From the NCBI GenBank assembly GCA_000934665.2, contig KZ538448.1, forward strand, positions 50,349 through 70,348: a DNA stretch of 20,000 nt, written 5' to 3'. The notes beneath the pieces were generated by a model. The model saw nothing but the letters and a program-made list of their open reading frames with translations. It searched no databases and had not been told where the DNA came from. Position numbers and translations under genes: made by a program. This document shows, one piece after another, positions 10,975 to 20,000 of this stretch. The stretch's first letter is position 1. Each line of letters starts with the position of its first letter. Source of the DNA: Catajapyx aquilonaris. Lineage: Eukaryota.

Positions 10975-11010
10975 CAGGGAGCATATACTACATGTAGTAC
11001 ATGCTCCCTG
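10975..11010. mobile_element. 36-bp palindromic mini-element with a 7-bp GTNNNAC TSD (P/Galileo-like)
   Basis: CAGGGAGCATATACTACATGTAGTACATGCTCCCTG (one mismatched pair), flanked by GTCTAAC (10968-74) and GTCCAAC (11011-17). Confidence 0.6.
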
Positions 11011-11064
11011 GTCCAACAGTTTAATGCTGAAGCCATCGCTCTACAAAAATCGCTCACTTTTAGT

Positions 11065-11170
11065 GTACTATATCGCTCAAAAAGATAGAGACGATTGGCA
11101 TTTGATTCAAGTACAAGTTGCACTTGAGTCAAATGCAAAATCGTCTCTATCTTTTTGGGCGATATAGTAC
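11065..11170. mobile_element. 106-bp near-perfect hairpin MITE
   Basis: GTACTATATCGCTCAAAAAGATAGAGACGATTGGCATTTGATTCAAGT pairs with ACTTGAGTCAAATGCAAAATCGTCTCTATCTTTTTGGGCGATATAGTAC. Confidence 0.85.
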
Positions 11171-11716
11171 ATGTTAGGCGCAAATCCCTAAAACTGCCAT
11201 TGAGCGAAAAAACCGAGCATTTTGCGGAATGCTCTTTGCAAATCAGGCAGCTCGCGAAATGATCACTTAAAAATGGGCAGATAGCGCAATGATCCTTTTC
11301 AAACCATCCATTTCGCGAAATGTTCATTTTAAAACTGGCAGACCTCGAAATGCTATCTTTAAAAAGGCCAGAACAGCTTTTCTGGACTACACAAAAATGT
11401 CCGGACGCGAAATTAGTGTCGTGGCTGGTTCAGAAGAAGCCCACAACTCGCTGTGGCAGTTTCTTGTTACCCACTACGCCAGCGCCACATAGATAACAAG
11501 AATAGGGTGATTTATTTCCAGCATCTACTTGGCGTGGTGGGAAGCAAGAAACTTGCCACAGCGCGTTATGGGCCTTTTCTGAACCAGCCACGACACTAAT
11601 TTCGCTTCCGGACCTTTTTGTGTAGGCCAGAAAGCGTTTTGGTCTTTTTAAAAAGGAGCATTTCGCGATCTTTTTTTTTTCGCTCAACGGCCGTTTTCGG
11701 GGTTTGAGTCTAACAT
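11171..11716. mobile_element. Foldback element with ~30-bp subterminal tandem repeats (five in the left arm, one in the right)
   Basis: Termini ATGTTAGGCGCAAATCCC / GGGGTTTGAGTCTAACAT. Inner arms about 11345-11480 and 11530-11668. Units resembling CGCGAAATGxTCxTTTxAAA start near 11221, 11251, 11281, 11311 and 11341. No TSD seen. Confidence 0.85.
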
Positions 11717-12671
11717 ACACATCATCGATATGGGTCAGTGTATATAGTGAAGCGAGCATCATTTGTAAATTATTGTAAAGTCACAGTTACCGGTATACCG
11801 TATGTTTGAATATGATATTTTGTATTATTGTTATGCTGCTAGCGTGGGTTCACCGAAAGTCTCAAAAGCTGGATCTGTAACGATTAGAATTTTATGACCG
11901 TTAAGCACACATACTATACAGGTATAACAACCAACTTCATGTGATCTGCAGCCTTATCTTAGACCCACCCTATACTCTAACCCAAACTCGACAGTTGAAG
12001 CCGATATGACTAACTCTCGAAGACGCGGAGTTGTTTCATGACATAATGTATGACAATGTTAGGGATATTTCACGTTATCTCCCCCTGTACACCCAATCCA
12101 TTCCAAAGTTCAACTTCATTACTGTTGAGGAGCCCTACATTAATGACGATTTTCTTGTTACTCTGAATTGATGGTTTTTGACATGGAAAAACGGTGTTAC
12201 CCTATCAACGTTCATTGCTTTTGCTGAGGCGCTAAGCATAAATTTTCCTTTGTTTGAAGGTGATACTCCAACAAAATGCAGAGTTAGATTCACAAACTCT
12301 TTTATTAGACTCACAGTCTCAGAATAGATCATCCATTTTGGACACGTGTGTTTACGTAGCCTAGTGTTATGACATCCCAACGAACATTTGGATTGATTTC
12401 TGCGTCACTTTTATCAGTGTGTGGCACAGCAAGATAATCCCTATCCAGTGCTCTGAATATTGGACCAAGTCATTCCAAATTCGTGGTAGTGTTCATATCG
12501 TATGACACTCAGGCAGTTTGTTGATAGGTGGTGTCAATCGCACAATGGTCGTGCAAAGATGGAGGTGACCCTTCTGGCATGGACCAAGAAGGAGACAAGA
12601 ACTGTTATTTGGGTTTGGTAATATAACTGACAAACCCCATCGAAATGTATCGGCGAATGCAGGCACTACAC

Positions 12672-13134
12672 CAGGGGTATTCAACTAGTTTATGACAAGG
12701 TCCAGTATTTACCTTTCCTGTGTCATTGAAGGTCCGGACCCCCCCCCCCCCCCCNCAAGGGTAGAAGGGTCTATCAAGACAGGACATATTAAGACATTTT
12801 CGCCCTTTATGATGTCCTGAACAGGCGCGTAGGCAGAAAATTTCGGAGGGGGCTTCATTTAATAAGCACAAGGTGAACAAGCCGTAAAGGGCGGGGAGCA
12901 AGCCCGCCGCATGCGAATTTTTTTTTTTTGGGGGGGGGGGTGGAAGGTCACACGAGCTTAGGTGAAAGTGGGAGATTTGAATGGGTGTGTATTTGATAAA
13001 ATTTGTAGCACTTTTTCCAAAAAAATCATGAATTAGTAATTTCTAATGCTATTTCAAACTGTCCTGTATATCGTCGCGGTCCGGACAAAATTACGTCGCG
13101 GTCCGGACCGCGGGCCGCCAGTTGAATATCCCTG
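12672..13134. mobile_element. Non-autonomous hAT element (Charlie/Buster-like), 463 bp
   Basis: TIRs CAGGGGTATTCAACT / AGTTGAATATCCCTG (14/15). Perfect 8-bp TSD CACTACAC (12664-71, 13135-42) with central TA. Subterminal GGTCCGGAC motifs. One N at 12755 in a poly-C run. Confidence 0.95.
12822..12945 (+). mobile_element. Possible nested fragment of a CAGGCGCG-type hAT element
   Basis: Begins CAGGCGCGTAGGCAGAAAATTT and has G-tracts, resembling the ends of 18399-18753. No second TIR found. Confidence 0.4.
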
Positions 13135-13189
13135 CACTACACGGATCTGCAATGAATCTTTAAGTCACTTGTCTATACGAGTTGTGTAC

Positions 13190-13382
13190 GAGATGCACTT
13201 GCAGGAATGGAGCTGTGACACCTGGAATTTTGTACAGCACTCGTAGACTATGTATACGTGACGGCAGGTCCGTCTTGGTCATGCATTCGTGGATACATTT
13301 TCGATGGGTTTCGTCCGTTCTATTCACAAAACCTAATAGCAGCTCTCGTCTCCTTGGTGCACGGCAGAAGAGGCGCCGATAT
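13190..13382 (-). pseudogene. Second, inverted mariner N-terminal remnant
   Basis: ISAPLLPCTKETRAAIRFCE*NGRNPSKMYPRMHDQDGPA, then a shifted frame VYECCTKFQ. Confidence 0.7.
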
Positions 13383-13814
13383 CTTACCGGTGCGTAATGC
13401 TGTCCGAAGACTCCACCAATCGTCAAACTCTCTGGTTCTGATCTACCACAGGAATCCGTAACATATATCCTTTTTAAACACCATCCCAAACGGCGAATTT
13501 TCCAACATTCCATGCAATTTTATTTTGTTACTCATAAGATTTCTCAGGTCCTCCTTGAAACTACGGAAGAAGCGCCACGCCGCCGCCATCTTGACACAGA
13601 TGCTGTCCGACTCCCTCCACCTCCACCTGTATATAGACAAACTGTCCGAACTTATGAGTATCATGCGAATCTGCAACTGTCCCTATTGAGCGCATTCCAA
13701 GCGCCGGATTTTGAAAAACTTGACATGCCACAAATCTCGGTTTCATTTGATCAAGCTGTATATGTATCTCATCAGTAGGCCTGTAACAACGGCGACGATG
13801 ATGTCACTCTGCAC

Positions 13815-14220
13815 CAGCCCCCCGCAACTCCCTCGCGATCTCCTTTTGCTTGCACTTAACGAGTCCCCTATCCCCGGATGTGGCGCACTGTATCCGCTCT
13901 ACCAAATCGCATTCGGGCGGACGACTTCTGAACCGTTCTGAACCTACCTAAATTGTCAATTCCCATTCAGCCCTCGCCCGCAGATCCAACAATCAGCCAC
14001 CCGAATGCGATTTGGAATGTTCGAAATCGCTGGTACAGCAAATTTGCAAACGGGGGCTGAATGGGAGTTGACAATTTAGGTAGGTTCAGAACGGTTCAGA
14101 AGTCGTCCGCCCGAATGCGATCTGGTACAGTGCTCCACATCCGGGGATAGGGGACTCGCTAAGGCGAGCTAAGCGCACGGCCTTCCCCGTAAGGCAACAT
14201 ATAGGAAGCTGTGGGGGCTG
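13815..14220. mobile_element. hAT-type foldback element, 406 bp
   Basis: Ends CAGCCCCC...GGGGGCTG. 8-bp TSD CTCTGCAC (13807-14) / CTCTACAC (14221-28). Strong inner arms about 13855-13973 and 14054-14163. Confidence 0.9.
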
Positions 14221-15039
14221 CTCTACACACTTTACTGCTCTAACAATAAGACTGAATGCATGACAGTAACTTGCGTTGAGCCAGTCTTGAATGAGACGTT
14301 GAGACAGGCCGGGGATACAAGCACAAGGACCTGGGTTGCGCATTGGACGATGATGTCTGCCACGAACGTTGCGTTTCCTCAGTCTCAGCACATTCTTACT
14401 TGCGAACGGATCCGCCACAAGTAGATTATCGGTCATCGTGTACAGCCCACGACGACGTACTCCGCCAACATTTTTGCCCTTGAGATCCACCTCAGGTTAC
14501 TATAAAGTAATATGCCAATTCACTATATGGAACAAAATAATTGGACTTGTTTTTTTGGCTCATGCATGACCCAGGCCTCAAACATCACATACTGAACCAT
14601 ATGTCGGTCACAACTATTGTCACCAAATATGACTGATGTAACGTAAACACATCACTAATTGTTGAGGTCATAATTCTTGGGCATGTGACTGAGCAAGTGA
14701 CCAATGAAATGCTATAAAAATTAATTTTTACATTTGAGAGGAAAACTAATTCCATAGACGCATTCTTCTGGTGTTTCTCTTTCTCTTGATGTGTATGTTC
14801 ATTGGGTTCTGATCACTTCCACTAACCGAAAAAAATTGTGAGTCTCCAAAAGAGGCCTCATTTTTAGCCATTTCCGGATTTTTGCGATTTTTTTACCCTC
14901 ATCATGGTATTGCGCCATATGGCTAAAACTTCATAATCAGCATTAAGGAATAGTTGAGTACATCTGCGATTATTTTCACCAAGATCCGAGATGGTCTAGC
15001 AAGATTTAGGCCCACTTGATTCGGAAAGACCCCTAGTAA

Positions 15040-15134
15040 ATCGTTCCAAGTTTTAAAACGATATATCTCAAAAACTGTGAGTGGTAGATGATTTTGGTTA
15101 ACGTATTTGAATTCAGCGCATAAAATACAACAAC

Positions 15135-15197
<63 letters not shown>

Positions 15198-15544
15198 TGG
15201 GTAGTGCGGACCTCTTTCGAGGTATTACACGGACCTTTATTTATTTTGCAATTGTACATACAGTTTTCGTCGCAACGCCCTGGTCCACGGGCGTATGGGG
15301 AAGGGGAGCTTCCCAAGGGAGGGCGCTCTCATGTAGTTTCTAGTGATTGCAGACCCTCTTAAACACCAGACCTTTTCTCCTGGCCCCGAGCAGAGAAGGG
15401 AGTGCAATTCTGCTCCGGCATGTCGGGTGAAAAGCGGAAAAAGACCCGGCCAAGCAGAGGTGACGGGGACGCATAAAATACAATAGGAATCGCACATTCA
15501 TGTACATGGGCCAAAAAAAACCAGTTCAATTTTGTTCCCCAGTG
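15040..15544. mobile_element. One end of a probable Tc1/mariner-type MITE, host of the 15131-15469 insertion
   Basis: ATATCTCAAAAACTG and TTTGAATTCAGCGCATAAAA motifs, and terminus TTTTGTTCCCCAGTG. No partner TIR found in the window. Confidence 0.45.
15131..15469 (-). mobile_element. 5'-truncated non-LTR retroelement 3' end with an (ATT)n tail
   Basis: Perfect 14-bp TSD CGCATAAAATACAA (15117-30, 15470-83). Minus strand has AATAAA, the stem-loop ACCTC-GAAA-GAGGT and an (ATT)n(GTT)n tail at 15131-15197. Confidence 0.85.
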
Positions 15545-16400
15545 TTATGACAATGGACGTAACGTTTTGCTTGAACGGATCTTAGCTATTGAAAGTAGGG
15601 TCATTCACACGGCGAACTTGTCTGTCTCCGCAGAGGTACCAAAAACTTGCTTATTTACGTCGCACCATTGACCCTTACGTATTAACTACGAATTGTCTAG
15701 CTATTTTTGAAATGCTTTGGAAAGTACTGGAACGGCGTTCGGGCAGATAAGAAATGTTCCACGCCATGATGGTCATTTGCGTGAAGTCATACACAAGTAG
15801 CGTGCACAATAAAAATTTGCGATATCTAGCTCACAAATGAATAACACGGACTGTACTCGATGATAAGGTGTGGGTTGCTGCAGATCTTTCAAAATAATGT
15901 CGTTATTTTCGGTTAAGTAGTGTTTTGAACCTTTTAAAGCTAACTTTTTGTCCGTACTGGTTGTCATAGTATGCACTACCTTATGGCAAAATTGGTATGG
16001 CATGTCGAGGAACCCCGAAATAATTTTGATAAATTAAGGAATAAGGTCACGGAGACTAGTCTAGTGGTTATTGGCCCTTGACATCCGTTTTGGATGGTTA
16101 TATGAACTGTGACTGTAGCTAGTGGCGCTTTTGCGCTCTTTTCTGCTGTTGGTTCGACCATCATTCGTCTTTAATCCGATCTTAGTCTATTTTCTAACTT
16201 ACTGGTTGAAGACCTGATTTGAGGAAGGGCTTAGTAGTGCGATAATAATATTTCTATTTTTTATGTTTGAGCACTGCGGAATCGACTATTTTCCAACATT
16301 TTCACGTTATTTATGCCACTACACTTACTGGATACGTGAAAGTATGCTTTATTTGGGCCAAAATGTGATTAGTAGATCCGGATAGAGAAATACAATGCTG

Positions 16401-16736
16401 GACATTAATTCCATCATACTGCTAGCGACATTTTTCGATGCGGCGGACGTGCAAATCGAAGTGATCGAGTGCGAGCCGTGCGAGTAAGAAATGGGAGCCC
16501 TTGGGTGACGTCACTGGCTGGGGACAAGCCTTTTCACAATTTCACCATTGCCCCCCAGCCGGTGACGTCACTCAAGGGCTCCCATTTCTTACTCGCACGG
16601 CTCGCACTCGATCACTTCGATTTGCACGTCCGCCGCATCGAAAAACACTCTCTTACTCGCACCGCTCACTCTATCACTTCGATTTGCACTTCTGCAGCAT
16701 CAGAAAATGTCGCAAGCAGTATGACGCGATTAATGT
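16401..16736. mobile_element. CRE-bearing foldback element with a duplicated right arm
   Basis: Termini ACATTAAT...ATTAATGT. TGACGTCA at 16506-13 and 16563-70. Perfect 73-bp inverted repeat 16431-16503/16573-16645. Second right-arm copy from 16651. Confidence 0.9.
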
Positions 16737-16754
16737 AGCCTACAACACTACTCA

Positions 16755-17264
16755 CAACCAAACTAACTCTTCTTACCCTCCTACATTTTGAAAATTTGCG
16801 AATTTTCTAATTCTGCTTAGCCTATAGTGTTGTGCAAACATCACCTCAGCTGCTAATTTTCACGTCAAAATACAAGCTAAATGCGATATTCCGAAGCCAC
16901 AACACCTAGCAGCCGGTCGCGGGTCGCAGGTCAGGTCCCCGGTCGCCGCGACTGTAGCGCGCTCTAGGGTGGCGCGAGCAAGTAGAATCCGCTTCGAAAT
17001 CGATTTTGTGTAGCAATTTATTAATCAAGTTTAATCAATCATTTACATATCACTGACATCAGTCGCGGCGACCCGCCACTCACGACCGGATGCAGGTGTT
17101 GTGGCTTCGGAATATCGGTCTTTTGGCTTGTATTTTGACCCTGCTAACGTGAAAATTAGCGACAGAGCCGCAGAGGTGATGTTTGCACAACACTATAGGT
17201 CAAGCAGAATTAGAAAATCCAAAAATGTTCAAAATTTAGGAGTTAAGAAGAGTTAGTTTGGTTG
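16755..17264. mobile_element. 510-bp foldback element with ~200-bp imperfect arms
   Basis: CAACCAAACTAACTCTTCTTA / TAAGAAGAGTTAGTTTGGTTG. Further pairs include CCTATAGTGTTGTGCAAACATCACCTC and CGATATTCCGAAGCCACAACACCT. No TSD seen. Confidence 0.9.
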
Positions 17265-17979
17265 CCAGATGCACATTATTTATTTTATTTTGTTTTAGTT
17301 TACTTTTATTTTGAATAGTTCACATACTGAGCCAGAGTTATGCTCTAGCCAGATCCATAACATTCTTGATACATTCTTGATATATTAAAAAACAAGATTG
17401 AGGCAGTCCCAATGAACTACGGCTGTGATCGAATTACGCCCATAACCATCCTGTCACTGTGATCCTATAAGATGCGACGGATCATTTGTTATGGATGTCT
17501 TCATAACCTCGTCACCAACGTGCTACTTTGTCCCTCAAAAATACGTGTTCTCTATGAAGTACGTGTTCGCAAGAGTGCCCGGGAGGGGAGGTGCAGTGGG
17601 GATGTGTAGGGGAGCAGGAGGTTGACGACTCCACTTCAAAGGGTTCCTTGTAAACTTTCACGTCGGATGCCTTATTTCGAAATCTTCAACATGCGCTCTT
17701 TGGGCTTTGCTTCTATCGTTCTCGTCACAAATATTGTAACGTTCCGTTACTGTTATGTTTTCAGGCCGCCTCTAGGTCTCATAACAAACTGAAGTTGGAA
17801 GGGTCTAAGTGCGAACAGTTCTACAGGGTGTATCATAAGTCGGTGCCTATGTTTATTTCCGAATAACTTTCCAACGAGTACACCTACGTTAGTGAAGCAT
17901 GATTCAAAATGTGCGGGAATTCATGCGAATTTATCTGGGTGACACCTCAGTGACACCTTGCTACTGTGTCGAGCGCAGC

Positions 17980-18087
17980 TTGACACTTCTTCCGCGGTGG
18001 CGCTGTTAGCGGGCGTAGGTTGACACTTCTTCCGCGGTGGCGCTGTTAGCGGGCGTAGGTTGACACTTCTTGCCGTGGTGGCGCTGA
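17980..18087 (+). repeat. 40-bp tandem repeat (two identical units plus one diverged) in the MITE left arm
   Basis: TTGACACTTCTTCCGCGGTGGCGCTGTTAGCGGGCGTAGG at 17980 and 18020, variant at 18060. The right arm has only two units. Confidence 0.9.
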
Positions 18088-18398
18088 TAACGGGGTCAGT
18101 TGTGAACAAAATGTCGGACCACCTCTCTCGCTCTCTGTGATATCACAGACCAGCCCCCAAACACTTCCTTCCCAATTCATATGTGATATGTCACAGACAG
18201 GTGGTCCGACATTTTGATCACAGCTGACCCAGCCACCACGGCAAGAAGTGTCAACCTGCACCCGCTAAAGCGCCACCGCGGAAGAAGTGTCAAGCTGTGC
18301 TTGACACAGTAGGAAGGAGGCACTGAGGTGTCACCCAGATAAATTCTCATGGATTCCCGCACATTTTGAATCATGTTTCACTTTCGTAGCCTCGTAGG

Positions 18399-18753
18399 CA
18401 GGCGCGGATCCAGGGGGGGGGCAATCGGGCAATTGCCCCCCCCCTGAGCTCCCCCGGAAGAAAAAAAACGAAAAAAATTAGAAAAAAACGGGTGGGGAAA
18501 CTCGCAAAAACCCTCTAGAACAGGGCAAAATTGCACTGTTCTATGGGTTCTTTTCCGTTTTGCGGTCGCGACCCCAAATTTGGGGTCGCGAGGAATGGTT
18601 GTGACCTTGAACTTGAAAAAATTTTCGCCTGCGGCGGGCCCTGCACCCCCACCCCCAAGATAAATTTCTGCATGCACCACTAACAGCATACCCCCCCCCC
18701 CCCCACCTATACCCTTGTGCCCCCCCCTGAAAACATTTCTGGATCCGCGCCTG
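18399..18753. mobile_element. Non-autonomous hAT element, 355 bp, rich in G/C tracts
   Basis: Perfect 15-bp TIR CAGGCGCGGATCCAG. Perfect 8-bp TSD CTCGTAGG (18391-98, 18754-61). Confidence 0.95.
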
Positions 18754-19042
18754 CTCGTAGGTGTCCTCGTTGGAAAGTTATTCGGAAATAAAAATAGGCG
18801 CCGACTTCTGATACACCCTGAAGGTGTATACAGTACATTAGCGGCTTGGATTGTAAAGGCGATTCTGTATACACCTGATTCAGAGTGTTTCCGCAAGGAC
18901 CGGACCAGAAAGGGGCGTTTACATGTGGGACATTTGATCGGAGATTTGAATCGCCGGCGAATTGTTGAGGTTCTGACGTCATGGCGCAAGCGATAGCGCT
19001 TATGCATCGCCCGTGTGTTTACATGCCGGCGACGTGCATCGC

Positions 19043-19351
19043 GGTAACCTGTTCCCAGCTCCATGTCACTTCCCCCCTAGTTGTATGGATACTGTAGTTT
19101 AACGCCTGTGTCTCCGCCAGGCTGGGAATTTGGCGCTGGTGGCGCTACATTGTTAGCTATCCGCCATCTTTTTCAAGGTGCACTCAAGTGGTAAGTCTGA
19201 GGAAGAAAGATCGAGCCAATCGCGGCAGACTACCCGCTACCTACCACAGGAGCTGTACCTTGAACAAGATGGCGTTTTAGCGAACGATGGGACACAGTTA
19301 TTACACTACCGTATTCGAGGAGTGTCATAGGGCTGCCTGTACCCGGTAACC
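19043..19351. mobile_element. Diverged foldback element with a YY1-like motif in each arm
   Basis: GTTAGCTATCCGCCATCTTTTTCAAGGTGCAC pairs with GCTGTACCTTGAACAAGATGGCGTTTTAGCGAAC. Weaker pairing extends outward; boundaries approximate. Confidence 0.65.
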
Positions 19352-19423
19352 AGTAACTGTACTGTTGGCATGCCGTGGCGATGTCATCGCCATCTCCTAT
19401 TTCAAACAGACCTGAGCGTGGAC

Positions 19424-19708
19424 CTTATCAGTGGGGCTTAACGTCGTCCTATTTCTGCTGCTAAGGCTAAACACCGACGCCAGGGGGTGGTCCTCCTCCT
19501 GGAAATTTGGCCATTCTGGGGATCTTTAACGTGCACTCGCGCAATGTCACAAGGACACGGGACCGACGGCTTTACTTCCCCTCCGAAGGAAGGCGCACTA
19601 TCACTTTTCTACCACCCGCACCCGGAGAAAAGTCACCGACATGGACCGGGTTCGAACCGACAACTTTGGGTCTAGAGGCGAGCGCGCTAACCACCAGACC
19701 CAGCCCCC
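19424..19708 (-). mobile_element. tRNA-derived SINE with a Deu/Nin central domain
   Basis: Minus strand: GGGGGCTGGGTCTGGTGGTTAGCGCG (A-box), GGTTCGAACCC (19648-58), then TCCTTCGGAGGGGAAGTAAAGCCGTCGGTCCCGTGT...GCACGTTAAAGATCCC matching the recalled Deu/Nin domain. 3' end GACGTTAAGCCCC. Confidence 0.85.
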
Positions 19709-20000
19709 TGACACAGCCCACCTACATGTATGATGACTGTAGGTTAATAACTGTGTCCTGGCCAGGCGGCGCTGATGGCGGAACATGGCGGATGTCCCTC
19801 AAGTGGAGCCTCCATATGGCTGCCGCCATCTTGAAGGCTCATTCCGGTTGGCTGGCAAGTCAATCTGCCTACGGGTGGATGCCAAAAAAAATATGCCGAA
19901 AAATAAGTACGATACTGCTAGCTATCTTTAGTCATGTCTAAATGAAATAAATAGTACACTTACAATGCTCGGTAAATTGTGCAGAAGGCATTCTGGACAC

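Larger units (their letters stand above)
12559..13190 (+). pseudogene. Mariner transposase N-terminal (HTH) remnant, read across the 12672-13134 insertion
   Basis: MEVTLLAWTKKETRTVIW, frameshift, LTNPIEMYRRMQALH|GSA...YELCT. Compare the recalled mariner motif KEEQRxVIRFL...PxEIYRRM...YG...VYEWC. Confidence 0.7.
12480..13557. mobile_element. Old mariner-derived foldback element made of two inverted 5' ends, interrupted by a hAT element
   Basis: 12559-12661 is a diverged inverted copy of about 13281-13385. Both encode mariner N-terminal peptide. Outer boundaries are approximate. Confidence 0.7.
17824..18820. mobile_element. Tc1/mariner-type foldback MITE with a nested hAT insertion
   Basis: TA|CAGGGTGTATCATAAGTCGG ... 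CCGACTTCTGATACACCCTG (right flank is AA, not TA). Arms pair along almost the whole length once 18391-18753 is removed. Confidence 0.9.

Noticed and set aside
13735..13785. Minus-strand CTGATGAG...GAAAC hammerhead candidate
   Set aside because: Stem II is not closed next to GAAA and stems I/III are not evident.
13711..14490. Convergent ORFs with the same C-terminus (ESPIPGCGALY...RTTSEPF)
   Set aside because: Artefact of the inverted arms of the 13815-14220 element.
15113..15316. Poly-Leu membrane-like ORF
   Set aside because: Translation of the (ATT)n retroelement tail.
17980..18087. Possible CRISPR-like array (also the 30-bp units at 11221-11370)
   Set aside because: Head-to-tail repeats with no unique spacers, inside transposon arms, and no cas genes.
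18378..19064. Longest ORF in the track (228 aa, minus strand)
   Set aside because: It runs across a hAT element, MITE arms and homopolymer tracts and has no recognisable domain.
19640..19708. Possible tRNA gene (also 2735-2812)
   Set aside because: A/B boxes are present but there is no intact cloverleaf, and both continue into SINE bodies.
19970..20000. TGTGCAG|AAGGC as the next exon acceptor (would give HK-EG)
   Set aside because: Poor polypyrimidine tract, reads EGILD rather than EGFY, and is truncated by the window end.

Overview
Eukaryotic (metazoan, probably marine invertebrate) genomic DNA; nothing prokaryotic, no CRISPR array, no rRNA and no intact tRNA. The + strand carries two phase-compatible exons (8868-9118 and 10575-10784) encoding a Pro/His/Gln/Gly-rich N-terminus, tentatively TNRC18/BAHCC1/winged-eye-like; everything after 10784 looks intronic. 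The rest is a dense mosaic of small transposon relics: three hAT-type elements with 8-bp TSDs, Tc1/mariner foldback elements (two still show transposase peptide), two copies of a CRE-bearing palindromic element, two tRNA-derived SINEs (one with a Deu/Nin domain), a truncated non-LTR insertion with a 14-bp TSD, and many small palindromes. The most unusual observations are a second reading frame open across both spliced exons, an AG|GT recursive-splice-like site on the start-codon exon, twin perfect palindromes at 1085-1176, an apparent template-switch copy inside a foldback element, and an apparent hAT excision footprint that was re-targeted. I see no clear evidence of a new multi-gene system. 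All family assignments come from recalled motifs, not database searches.
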